64,000 nucleotides of DNA, from assembly GCA_951406725.2 (NCBI GenBank), contig OX597829.1:34410001-34474000 (forward strand), read 5' to 3'. The first letter of the stretch is position 1, and each line of letters opens with the position of its first letter. The DNA comes from Octopus vulgaris (taxonomy: Eukaryota). Shown piece by piece: positions 1-12,700 of the stretch. The notes under the pieces are model-generated. The model was not told the origin of the DNA. It saw only the letters and a program-made list of their open reading frames with translations, and searched no databases. Both the position numbers and the translations under genes were made by a program.

Positions 1-491
1 TAGCATGTATAAAAAGTCAATAGACAACATATTCTCAATATAAAATAGTGTACATTTAAACACAAGAGAAACTACCTTTAACAGTAGTTTTACACGCTAG
101 AAGGAGCAGTCAAAACGACCAAAACCACATTTACGTATATGATTTTAGCATTTTGAAGACCAGTTTGGTGTTTTGCATTTTCTGTCGACTGAAACTGTGC
201 TTGGATGGTGAATTTGAAAAATTATAATATATAATGATGAGACATGTGTTATTTGTCTCTAAATTATATGTTAATGTTATGGTGCAATTACTCATGAGAA
301 TTTCACCTAGCAAATTATTTTATTTGCCAAATAAAATTCGAAACCTAGGTATAACTGTAAAAAAATAACAAGGTAAAAGTTTTTATTTTTCATTCCATTT
401 GAAATTGCTCTTAAATGTGGTCTTGGCTGTTTTGACTGCTTTTTCTAGCATGTAAAAGTACCTGTTAAAGGTAGTTTCTCTTGTGTTTAAA
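1..491. mobile_element. Penelope-type terminal (pLTR-like) fragment with inverted duplication
   Basis: 55-133 and ~412-491 are inverted copies; 190-491 is the reverse complement of ~8860-9135; abuts (TA)n. Confidence 0.6.
284..358 (+). ncRNA. Minimal type I hammerhead ribozyme, degenerate core (CTCATGA)
   Basis: GCAATTA-CTCATGA-GAATTT..AAATTC-GAAAC CTAG GTA-TAACTGT. Confidence 0.6.
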
Positions 492-844
492 TATATATAT
501 GTCTATATATATAGAGGTCTATATATATGTGTGTGTGTCTATATATCTATATATATGTCTATATATATATATATGTCTCTACATATGTCTTTATATATAT
601 ATATATAAAATATTAGAAAAAAACCCATCTTTTATCAATTCAAAATGAATAATTAAATTACACCATCTAGAAAATTACATATAATTGAAAAGTTTAAATT
701 AAAATAACAATAAAACGTGAAGATTAAGTAAATTACAAAAATAATAAAAATGTATATAATAGGTAGGAAAACGACACATGTTACGCTGCTATATTTAAGA
801 AATGATTATAGTAGTATATATATATATATATATATATATATGTC

Positions 845-2532
845 TACTAGCAGAGATACCTGGTGTTGCCCGTCTTACATGCAATTGAAGAATTAGACTT
901 TTCTGTTATATTTTTTTGTAATGAACTGGAATACCTATGTTTTGAATTTCATCAAAATTGCAGATGAGGGTTATTTCCATCTTTACACACCCTAAAAAAA
1001 TTGTAATCGTGCCACATATATCCCATACTACTGATTTTTATGCGCATATTCCAAAATTCCAGTCTTATAGAACCTGTTAAAAGGATTTTGCTCCTGAAAA
1101 ATAGAGGTCATGGAGCTGTAAAATGTGAGAGTTAAGGCCCCTATTGGGGGTAGGTGTCTTAATATCAACCAAAGAAGTTGAATTGTTGAAAATATTTTTA
1201 ACTTGGGTCATATCTATTGTTTGAATTTCTTTGAAATAGGAAATATATGTTCAGTGGGTTTGAAAAAGAGAGCAAAGCTACAGGAAACCAAAAGACGAAT
1301 GATCACAATAAGCAGTCATCTACCCTACGCTAGTTGTTACCACTCCCAAAAGAGGATTCCTCACCATCCAGGTGACAGGTACAGCTGTAAGATGCATTAC
1401 GAATCTATAGCAATTGGAAGGGCATGACCCAACTGAAATAAACATTAACAACTGTGCGATGTGAGGGCTAAGGAGAAATGAAAGTGTCACCTCTGGAGTT
1501 TGCAAATAACCACTATACTGATACGTAACTGGACAGAATAAATTTACAATCTATAAATGTCTTTGAATAACCAGTCACTCATCTGGGAAGGCCTTGAAAT
1601 CAATGTTACCATCTGGGGACTATGTGTGACCTAGTGATAATAAAAAGACTGAAAGGAGGTCTGCAACCAAATAACTTTACTCAATACTTTGCAACTGAAT
1701 CAGTGGAGGCAAAGATGCCTCTCATTTACTTGACAGTTTATGCACCACATTGCAGAAATCACAATCTAAGTGTATGTCAAAGCAAACTCTTACACTGTTG
1801 TACCATTGAATTACAAATAATGCTCATCTTTTATGCTCGGGTGACCCTACAGCTTCCAAGAGTGCAACTGTATTCATCTTTGCTTAGATAAAATGACTAA
1901 ATTGTGGGTGTTAAGTCCCCATGAAGGGGTCTTTCTAACTTGTAAGAAGATAAAATTTTATAAATATTACTTCATTTATGTGTAAAATCTATGGATAAAA
2001 TTTCATCAACAGCAAAAATATATGAATTGTCATGGGGGTTATGGCCCTTAAGCATAGAATATAATTTCCAAATTTCGTAAAGATCCATTCAATACTTTTG
2101 ACCTAGTTTTGGATCATAAAAGAAATTACTAAAATTTTGGAGTTAAGGCCCCATTAGGGTGTCTTAGAATCCTCATGTGAAGTGGAAACTTTAAGAATAC
2201 TTCTTGATGCGTGTTAATTACCCATGGTTGAAATTTCATCAACATCGAAAATTTTAAAATTTCCATGGGGTTTCTGCCCCCTTTAAGCCATCTCAAATTC
2301 AAACCAAACATATTGGATTATACCAACCCTTATGCACTGAATCTAAGTGTCAAATATCATAAGGATCCATTAAGTAATTTTAGTCCATGAAATTGTATGA
2401 AACACACAGCATTACCCTTCTCCCCAGGCTTGGATTTTGTGTTCCAAATTTCATTATGATCGGTGCAGCAGTTTTCGAATGTATAAGTAATACATGAACA
2501 CACATAAATTCATTGACTTTGATATAATAGAT
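845..2532 (+). mobile_element. Non-autonomous Helitron/Helentron (Lep1/HINE-like) element with degraded helicase remnant
   Basis: 5' ACTAGCAGAGATACCTGGTGTTGCCCG; 3' AAATTTCATTATGATCGG...ACACACA...TATAATAGAT; decayed ILIRN / GLC..TxLIIKRL-like codons at ~1510-1660. Confidence 0.45.
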
Positions 2533-2576
2533 ATGAATATGCACATATACATACATGCATATATATGTGTGTGTGT

Positions 2577-2618
<42 letters not shown>

Positions 2619-2689
2619 AAGATAAATTGATACATACAAGTGAGTGGGCTAACAAAAATACGAGACACAGCCTAGTGGTTTTTTTATGT

Positions 2690-3200
2690 TGATAAGCCTG
2701 GTACTTATTCTATTAGTTTCTTCTTGTGAAACCAGTAAGTTATGGGGGTGTAAATAAACGAACAGCAGTTGTGAAGCAGTGATGAGGGTGAAACACAGAG
2801 ACAAAGATACACACATACATTTACATATATATACGATTGATTTCTTTCAGATTCTGTCAACGAAATCCATATATATATATGTATGTATGTACACACACAC
2901 ACAAAGATAAATTGATAGATACAGCTGAGTGGGCAAACAAAATATGAGACACTACCTAGATGTAAATACACGAACAGCAGTTGTGAAGCAGTGATGAGGG
3001 AGAAACACAAAGACACACACATAGACTTATATACATACAATTGATTTCTTTCAGTTTCTGTCTACAATATCCACCGACAAAGCTTTGGTTGGTCTGAGGC
3101 TATAGCAGAAGACACCTACCAAGTCACCACACAGTGGGACTGAACCCAGGACCATTTGTTTTGGAACCAAGTTTGTTACCACACAGCCATACTTGCACCT
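2690..3200 (-). mobile_element. tRNA-derived SINE, partly tandem-duplicated
   Basis: Reverse complement resembles the SINE at 22835; ~2594-2880 is repeated at ~2890-3060. Confidence 0.6.
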
Positions 3201-3462
3201 ATGTGTGTGTGTACAGGTGTATATATGTATGCATATCTATATGTGTACATATTACATGTACATCTATATATATACATACATCTACATGTATACATATACA
3301 GCTATACATATACATGTATACTTATACATCTACATAGATACATGTATATATATATACATCCATATATATACATGTATATATATATATATACATCTATATA
3401 TACATGTATATATATATATATATATACATGTATATATATATATATATATATATTGTCTCGAA

Positions 3463-3501
<39 letters not shown>

Positions 3502-3581
3502 GTTCAACCCATGCTAGCATGGAAAGCGGACGTTAAACGATGATGATGATGATGATATATATTTATACATCTATATATACA

Positions 3582-3622
<41 letters not shown>
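3200..3622. repeat. (TA/CA)n microsatellite with an RTE 3' tip at 3498-3555
   Basis: Dinucleotide tracts; CAACCCATGCTAGCATGGAAAGCGGACGTTAAACGATGATG tail. Confidence 0.85.
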
Positions 3623-3623
<1 letters not shown>

Positions 3624-3743
3624 AATTTAAATTTGAAATAATAAGGGTGAAAAATTGAATATTAATTTGATTAATATCAATTTAAAACTAGTGGTGTAGC
3701 ATATTGAAAAATCTGAAGTTTCAGAAAAAATTATATTACATAC

Positions 3744-3890
3744 ATATAAGAGGGATGACCTGTAAGTGGACATCCATTATGCTTGAAGAAGATCTACTAT
3801 GGTCTTACCATTCCTTTGTTAGTGGTAAGACCATTGCGGATCTTCTTCTAGCATAATGGATGTTCACTTACAGGTCATTCCTCTTATATA
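3744..3890. repeat. Long imperfect palindrome (~67-bp arms) in a Penelope-type terminus
   Basis: TATAAGAGGGATGACCTGTAAGTGGACATCCATTATGC... / ...GCATAATGGATGTTCACTTACAGGTCATTCCTCTTATA. Confidence 0.85.
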
Positions 3891-4409
3891 ATAGTTTCAG
3901 TATTAAAGTGAAAGCATTTGACATTACAATAGAGAGATGTTATAGTTTCACTCTTGACACGTAATACTGAAATAGTGGAGAAGATATGATATTGCTGTGG
4001 GCTCACACTAGGCAAGAAGTTAAAAATATTTTTGCCCATGACACTACATGGACCCTAAATAAAGCATGTATAAAATTTGAATGAAATTGGTTGTGTACTT
4101 CTCAAATTTTAGGGATTCACACACACACACATTCTCATCTTTATATATATAGATATATACTTCCTATTTTGTTAAAGAAAGATGTGCTTTTTCATTCTCC
4201 TGAAACAACCAAAAAGAGATTGCATAAATCGATGAAAAATTCTGCTGAAACTGATAAAAATATAGTACTTGTTATTTCATAACGGTCTACTATAATATAT
4301 TGATGAAAAAAGAGTAATATATTACACTAAAAGTTGAATGTAACACATTAAAGTCAATGACACAAGCTAGAGTTATCGTCGAAAAACTACGTGGTTATAA
4401 GGGATTGCC

Positions 4410-6000
4410 TAAAAAAAAGCCTGCAATAATCCTATGTGAGGGAGACAGCAGGCAAAGGAGCCTGGGTTATAAAAAACATTAAGTCAAACCCAAAGGCCTT
4501 CTTTCATTACACAAAAGAAACAGCCTCAGTGCGCTGCAAGATAGGAGCACTCTTCCAAAAGGATGGCCCCCTCACAGACAGTCCAACTAGGATCAGTGAG
4601 GTACTGAATAACCAGTTCAAAAGTCTCTTTACCACCCTGTTGGAACACAGACAAGTGAACGAACCAGTGGACTTCTTTACTTCCTCACCTATAACTAGCG
4701 AGGCAGTTACAATGGAATACATTAACATTAGCGAAGAAGATATATACTATCCATAGATGAAGTGAACACAAGCTCAACTGCTGGTCCTGATGGTTTCCCA
4801 GCAATCCTCCTCAAATCGTGTAAACATGCCCCGGCATAAACCTTCCAGATTCTCTTCCAGAGCTTTCTTGCAAATGGCAGACTGCCAAGCAAACTGAAGG
4901 AGGGAATAATAAGCCCAATACATAAAGGGGGATGTAGAGCAGATGCCAAAAACTATAGGCCAATATCTCTGACTTCACAAAGAGAAACTAATCGCATTTC
5001 TTGAAGAAAATAACTTGCTGAGTGATACCCAGCATAGCTTTCGACCAGGTAGGAGCTGCCTGACCCAGCTCTTACAACATTATGACTGGGTGTTGAGGCA
5101 GTTACTCAACAACTCAAATGTGGACGTAATATAACTTGATTTTGCAAAAGATTTTGACAAAGTGGTTCATGGCATGATATGCTACAGACTGCGTGATCTC
5201 GGCATAGCTGAAAAACTTGGAGAGTGGTTACATGACTTTCTGAAAGATAGAAGTCAGGCAGTAGTGGCTAATGGAGTCACCTCTATAAAAACACAAATAG
5301 TGAGCGGTGTTCCACAGGGCACTGTCTTGGGACCACTGCTTTTTATAATGGCCCTCTCAGATATCCCCTCAAATGCCCGGATAGCCTACCTTGCAAGCTA
5401 CGCAGACGACATAAAAGTCTTGCAGAAAATACAGAACCCCAGCAATGTTGCACACCTGCAGCAGGAGTTGGACTCAATCTACAGATGGGCTGAGGATAAT
5501 AATATGCAGTTTAATGCTGAAAAATTCCAAGCTCTGCACTACCAGTGTCCAAAACTGAATATGAAACTTACAGGGTACACTGGTCCACAAGGAATTTCAA
5601 TCTCAGAGCTTAAATCAGTGAGGAACCTGCATATCGACATGAGTGATGATACCTCTTTCCAAGTGCATATTACCAGGATGGTGACAAAGTGCAGACAACT
5701 GGCTGGATGGATCTTGAGAACATTCAGAGCCAGATATAAGGAAACCATGATGGTCCTCTGGAGCACATTCGTGCTCAGCAGCCTGGATTACTGCTTCCAG
5801 CTATGGTCACTCAACAGTGTGAAATCAACAGCAGACCTTGAAGCAATCCAGAGAAGATTCACAAAGAAGATCATCTCTTTGCAACTGCTCAGCTACTAGG
5901 AAAGGCTGAAACTCTACACCCTGGAGAGAAGGCGGGAGAGGTGTGCAGTAATATACATCTGGAAGATCTTGGAAGGAATTGTGTTAAAATTTTGGCATTG
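4410..6000 (+). mobile_element. CR1/L2-group LINE ORF2 (RT) fragment, degraded
   Basis: NPKAFFHY, NQFKSLFT, GPDGFP, DFAKDFDKV, SGVPQGTVLGPLLF, YADD; stops and frameshifts. Confidence 0.85.
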
Positions 6001-6435
6001 AACGATTTGACTGAGGGCTGGCGAACCAGATGGCTGCACCAGGCTCCAGTCTAATCTGGTAGAGTTTCTACAGCTGGATGCCCTTCCTAATGCCAACTAC
6101 ACCGAGAGTGTAATGGGTGCTTTTACATGCCACCAGCACGAGGGCCAATCTGGCGGTACTGGCAACGGCCATGCACGAAATGGTGTTTCTTTACTTGCCA
6201 CCTGCACAGCAGTCAGTCCAGCGGCACTGGCAACAACCTCGCTCGAATGTTTTGTTCACGTGACACCGGCACAAGTGCCAGTGAGGCAACGCTGGTAATG
6301 ATCATGCTCAAATGGTGCTTTTTATGTGCCACCAGCACGGAAGCCAGACAGCTGCTCTGGCAGTGATCCCGCTCGAATGGAGCTGTTAGCACCCCATTGG
6401 CATAGGTGCCAGTTATTGAATTTGGTTCAATTTCA
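5999..6435 (-). mobile_element. RTE LINE 3' UTR fragment (inverted)
   Basis: Reverse complement of ~8160-8590. Confidence 0.8.
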
Positions 6436-6454
6436 ATTTATATATATATAAACA

Positions 6455-8628
6455 TAGGGACCAGCTATCCGAGTTGACAGTACCTTGGTAGATAAAACAA
6501 TTAAGAGTATGAACACAAGGAAAGCTCCCAACCCATCAGGAATTGCTGCAGAGATGCTCAAAATATCTGGCAGTGTCGGCTATAGCCTAGTCACCCATAT
6601 AGTTAACCAGGTGATACACGAAGGAGTCATACCCATTGACTGGTGTAGCAGCATAATAGTTAACTGCTACAAAGGTAAAGGTGATGCTTTAGATACAAAT
6701 AATTACAGAGGTATCAAGTTGTTGGATGAGATAATGAAGGTCATAGAGAGGGTCATAGCCCAACTAATTAGGGAGAGAGTCAGTTTAGATGAGATGCAGT
6801 TTGGGTTCGTGCCAAGGAAAAGCACCACTGATAATATATTTCTGGTAAGACAGCTGCAGAAGAAATACCTAGCCAAAGATAAACCTCTGTACCTGGCTTT
6901 CGTTGACATGGAGAAAGCCTTTGACACGGTCCCCTGAACCTTTATCTGGTGGTCAATGAGGAAACTAGGGATAGATGAATGGTTAGTGAGAGCTGTGCAA
7001 GCCATGTACAGGGACGCTGTCAGTAAGGTGAGGGTTTGCAACAGGTACAGTGAAGAATTCCGGGTAGAGGTAGGGGGTCCACCAAGGTTCAGTTCTCAGC
7101 CCCCCTCCTATTTATCATAGTCCTCCAAGCAATAATGGAGGAATTCAAGACAAGATGCCCCTGGGCACTCCTCTATGCTGACGACCTTGCCCTAATTGCA
7201 GAGAATCAAAGGGCCTTAGAGTCAACCTAGCTAAAACCAAAGTTCTAATAAGTAGGAAACTACAAATCCCTTCAGGTTGATGGCCCTGCTCTATCTGTAG
7301 AAAAGACACAGGTAGAAACTCTATAAGATGTACCCAGTGTACACATAAGATGTGCAGCAATATCAAAGGAAGGCTGACTGGGAAGATAGTTTTTGTATAT
7401 GGCAGATGCTCTGGAGCAGTAAACAATGAAAATGTGCAGAGAACAACTTCTGCCACATTCCAGGGATAAAAACTAGATAGCTTCTGTTACCTAGGTGACC
7501 AAGTCAATAGTGGAGAAGGGTGCGCTGAAAGTATAGCTGCTAGAATAAGAAAAGCCTGGGCAAAGTTCAGAGAGCTCTTACCTCTGCTGGTGACAAAGGG
7601 CCTCTCACTCAGAGTAAAAGGTAGACTGTATGATGCATGCATACGAACAGCCATGCTACATGGCAGTGAAACATGAGCCGTGACTGCTGAGGACATGTGT
7701 AAGCTTGCAAGGAATGAAGCCAGTATGCTCTGATGGATGTGTAATGTCAGTGTGCATACTTGACAGAGTGTAAGTACCTTGAGAGAAAAGTTGGACCTAA
7801 GAAGAATCAGATGTGGTGTGCAAGAGAGACGACTGCACTGGTATGGGCATGTGGTGAGAATGGATGTGGATAGCTGTGTAAAAAAGTACCATACACTAGC
7901 AGTTGAGAGAACCTGTGGAAGAAGGAGACCTAAGAAAACCTGGGATGAATTGGTGAAGCACGACCTTCGAACATTGGGCCTCACTGAGGCAATGACCAGT
8001 GACTGAGACTTTTGGAAATATGTTGTGCTTGAGAAGACCTGTCAAGCCAAGTGTGACCATAACCTCGTGGCCTATGCCAGGGGTGTAACCAGCCCACTTA
8101 TGCATACCTTTCCTTTATTGGACACTAAACTCTGCTTGCGAAGACCTGTTGAGGCAAGTGAAATCGAAATCGAAATCAAATTCGATGACTGGCATCCATG
8201 CTAGTGGAGCGCTAAGAGCACATTCTGAGAGTGATCGTTGCCAGAGCAGGTAAATGGCTTCCGTGCCAGTGACATGATCGTTGCCAGTGTCGCCTTACTG
8301 GTACATGTGCTGGTGGCATGTGAAACACAACATTCGCAAGTTTTTGTTGCCAGTGCCACAGACTGGGTCCTGTGCAGGTAGCACATAAAAAACTTCTCTT
8401 GAGCGTGGTCATTGCCAGAACCACCTGACTGGCCCTTGTGCCGGTGGCACGTAAAGGCACCCACTACACTCTCGGAGTGGTTGTCATTAGGAAAAACATC
8501 CAGCTGTAGAAACTTTGCCAGATCAGATTGAGGCTGGGGCAGCCTCTGGCTTACCAGTCCTCAGTCAAACCATCCAACCCATGCCAGCGTGGAAAGCAGA
8601 CATTAAACAATGATGATGATGATGATGA
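6455..8628 (+). mobile_element. 5'-truncated RTE-clade LINE
   Basis: RT motifs NYRGIKLL, QFGFVP, AFVDMEKAFD, LLYADD; 3' UTR; (GAT)n tail. Confidence 0.9.
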
Positions 8629-8681
8629 TATATATATATGTCTATATATATGTATAGGTCTATATATATATGTGTGTGTGT

Positions 8682-8722
<41 letters not shown>

Positions 8723-8981
8723 TACATATATATACATATTTATAATATTAATAAATTCCAGGGTAGCAAAATAAATTAAGAAAATTCCTTTGCTACCAGT
8801 GGTCTAGCGAGAAGAAAATAACTAGACTATATATTATTCATATAAAAATACAGTGAACATTTTAGCACATAAGAGATGGCCATAACAGGGCATCCGATCC
8901 GCTTGAAGGAGTAGTTAAACTCCAAACCACTATTAGGGGTAATTTTGAAAGAGAATGAAAAATAAAAACATTTACCCTCTA

Positions 8982-9056
8982 TTTCCTATACCATGGTTTC
9001 AAGTTATCTTCAGCAAATAAAATAATTTACTTGGTGAAGCTCTTGTCAGTAGGAAA
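8982..9056 (-). ncRNA. Minimal type I hammerhead ribozyme in Penelope inverted pLTR, CpG-decayed
   Basis: TTTCCTA-CTGACAA-...-TGAAAC CATG GTA-TAGGAAA, with a perfect 7-bp helix I. Confidence 0.7.
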
Positions 9057-9717
9057 GCCAAGATTAACATATAAAGATGAGGCAATACAGAACATGCCTC
9101 GTGTTTACATGTTATAGATTTTCAAAATCCACCGTGCAATGGTTCGTAACAAAAGCAGTTATAATCCCACAAAAGGCAGAAACAAAACTTTGGACGAATT
9201 TTGTGACTACATTTCAAACTTTCCTTATAGTGAACTTCCTCAACCTAAACCCAAACCCAACACCAGTAAAAGGGAATGGGAAATCGTCTATGAGTTACAA
9301 AACAATCATGACATCACAATCAAGGAAGCAGATAAGGGTAGTACTGTCATCATTATGGATACTGAACAGTATAACTACTCTGTATCTCACCTTTTACAAG
9401 ATACTGCCTACTATGAAAGAGTAGTCAACTACCAACAATCCAAAGCAATGACCAAATTAAACACACTCATTTGCCAACATTGAAATAACTTAACAGCAAA
9501 GGAATGCGACTACATAACAAACTTTAATTGCAAAACCAGCATCCTCTACGAGCTTCCGAAAATCCACAAGAGCAAAATAATTACTGAAGCTTGCTAAAAG
9601 TCCACTTCAACCTGCATCACTGATCTCAAACTGAGACCAATTGTGGCAGACCCAAACAGTGAAACACACAGATTAAGCAACTTCATCGATATCATCTTAA
9701 AACCAATACTTATTCCC

Positions 9718-12700
9718 AATTCAACTTCCTTCTTCTTCAACTCAACTTCCGGTCGATGCCCACAGCAAGTTTAAAGATTTATCTTATTATTTTCCGTACA
9801 TCGCACAACATACATTCATTCGCTGTTACAACATACATTCATACGTCGCCACTGTTAAATGTCTCAACTTGTACAGTAACTTGATTTGTCTTTCCTATCT
9901 TTCTCTACGAAATTTAACCTTTAAGGCTACCTTCAATCCTTAATTCCATCTTTCCGCCATCGGCGGTGCGCCCGCCCCCCCACCCCCACCCCCACCAATA
10001 CCGGTGAACACTGTTCTCACCATCTACACCGGATTCGCCCTCCTCCCTCCTCCTCCCCACCACCCCTTCCTACCCCTTCTCCTCATATGCTTTCACTGTG
10101 AAAAGACAAGCTGCTAGCGCCACAGCTCATCAACCGCCCACTGATCTTACGCTTCCTCCTGTTTTGAATCTGACACTGCCTCAATCCGACTATCTCCTTC
10201 CAGTCCCCTCCCCGCCTCGTAATATCCTACGTTTTTATTTCTTACGAACCTGCACCAACCCTTCCTGCCAACGTTCCTCCTTACCCCAACCTTCCCCACT
10301 GGTGCTCCCCTATATTACCCGCACCCCTCCACTATCTCTCCCTCTCTTTTCACTGGTGAAACCTTTCTCAGCTGGACCCCCCCCCAACTCAACTCTAGAA
10401 TATCTGTATTTTTCCTCCTTACTACGCTACCTAATTACGTTACTCAGTGACGATAACGAATGACCACTGCTAACACCAGCTCCTGCCCACGGCGTGGTCA
10501 GGTCGGAAGAGAGATCAAAAGAAAAATGCCACGAAAACTATCACCACCACAACAACCCTCCTCTTCTCAGGCGCTGAATCCCCCCCTCCCCCCATATCTC
10601 CTCCCCAGTTTTCAGAGTTGGCACTATCAATGTTGGTACATTGACAGGCAAGTCTAGTGAGATTGTAGAGATGCTAGAGAGAAGACAGGTTGATGTATGC
10701 TGCATACAAGAGGTTAGATGGAGAGGTGCTTCAGCTAGGGTCCTCATGGGCAAGGCACTTAGGTACAAACTCTTCTGGCAAGGTAACGTGGAAGGTGTAG
10801 GGAGTGTAGGCATTCTCCTTGCGGAGAAATGGGTGGATAAGGTCATAGAGGTTGTCAGGGTTTGCGATAGAGTGCTTAAGCTCAGGTTGGTCCTACAGAG
10901 TGGCACAGCTATGATTATCTCCGCCTATGCCCCACAAGCGGGACTACCAAATGATCAGAAGGACAACTTTTATGATACCCTTCTGCAGGCTACTTCAAAG
11001 ACTAGTAGCAAGGACCTCATCTTTGTAGGTGGAGATTTTAATGGGCATGTTGGGCGGGAATCGGGTATCTTCACTGGGGTACATGGTGGCCATGGTATTG
11101 GCACCAGAAATGATGAGGGAACTAGACTGCTGGAATTCTGTGATGCATGTAACCTTTCAATCTGCAGCACTAACTTCAAGAAGCCAGTCTGCCACCTTAT
11201 AACTTATCAGTCAGGAGACTCCGCTAGCCAAATAGACTTCATCCTCACCAGACAGCGGGATGCAGGGTTGCTCTTGAATACAAAGACCCTCCCGGGTGAA
11301 GAATGTATCCCTCAGCATAGACTAATCATCAGTGACTTTAAGCTTGAGGCCAGAAGGACTCCAAGAAACAAACCAATCCAGAAAAGAAGGATTTGGAGGC
11401 TAAAGAACCCTTCACATGGTCAGAAATTTAGGGACATACTCATCAAGAAATTTGATGAGAGGGAGGAGGAGCTTCAGACGTCAGACATAGAAGGTAGCTG
11501 GGAATTCCTACGGGACAGCTTGCTGAGTGCCACAGACCGAGTCTGTGGATGGTGCAAAGTCCCTTCCAGACCTAGAATTACGTGGTGGTGGAATAGTGCA
11601 GTAGATAAAGCCATTTGTGAAAAGAGACGGGCCTGGAAAGCCTGGAAGGATGGGGGCAGCAGGGAACTGTACCAGATAGCCAAAAGGGAGGCTGGGCGGC
11701 AGGTATACATAGCCAAAGATGTAGCAGAAAAGAAGAAGTTTGCCAATGTCCAGCGACGCGAGGATCAAAGAGCTGAAGTATTTCGGATTGCCAGACAGTG
11801 TGTCAGAGAAAATAGTGATGTTATAGGAGAGAAATGTGTCCGCATGGATGATGGGGCACTTGCTTTTACTGCTAGTGAAAAGAAAGAGGCTTGAAGAAGC
11901 CATTATGAAAGACTGCTGAATGAGGAGAATGAATGGGAGGAGGAGAGCCTGCCAAATGTTGACCCAGTAGAGGGACCAGCTACCCGAATAGACAGCTCCC
12001 TTGTAGATAAGGCAATTAAGGATATGAAACCAGGTAAAGCCCCCGGCCTATCAGGAATCACTGCTGAGATGCTTAAAACAGCTGGCTATGTGGGCTATGA
12101 CATAGTCACCCGCATTGTAAACCAGGTAGTTCACAATGGAGTCATACCCAATGACTGGTGCAGCAGCACCATAGTCAACTGCTACAAGGGTAAGGGTGAT
12201 GCTCTAGATAGAAATAACTACAGAGGTATCAAACTGTTGGACCAGGTGATGAAGGTCTCAGAGAAGGTCATAACCCATCTCATTAGGGAGAGAATTTGTT
12301 TAGATGAAATGCAGTTCGGTTTTGTACCAGGTAGAAGCACCACTGATGCTATATTCCTGGTCCGACAACTGCAGGAGAAGTACCTAGCTAAAGATAAACC
12401 CCTCTACATAGCTTTTGTAGACTTGGAGAAAGCCTTTGACAGGGTTCCCCGTTCCCTTATCTGGTGGTCGATGCAGAAACTGGAGATTGACGAATGGCTA
12501 ATAAGGGCTGTACAGGCTCTATACAGAGAGGCTGTCAGCAAGGTTAGGATTGGCAACGAATATAGTGAAGAATTCCGGGTAGAAGTAGGTGTGCACCAGG
12601 GCTCAGCCCTCAGTCCCCTTTTATTCATCATAGTCCTTCAGGCAATAACAGAGGAATTCAAAACGGGATGCCCCTGGGAGCTCCTCTATGCCGATGACCT

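Noticed and set aside
768-815. Hammerhead-like remnant (minus strand CGTAACATGTGTC with a helix II-like hairpin)
   Set aside because: GAAA is mutated and the CUGANGA half is missing, replaced by a TA tract
11892-11894. Programmed readthrough or selenocysteine at the in-frame TGA
   Set aside because: The paralogous copy at ~55584 has TGG, so a simple nonsense mutation is more likely
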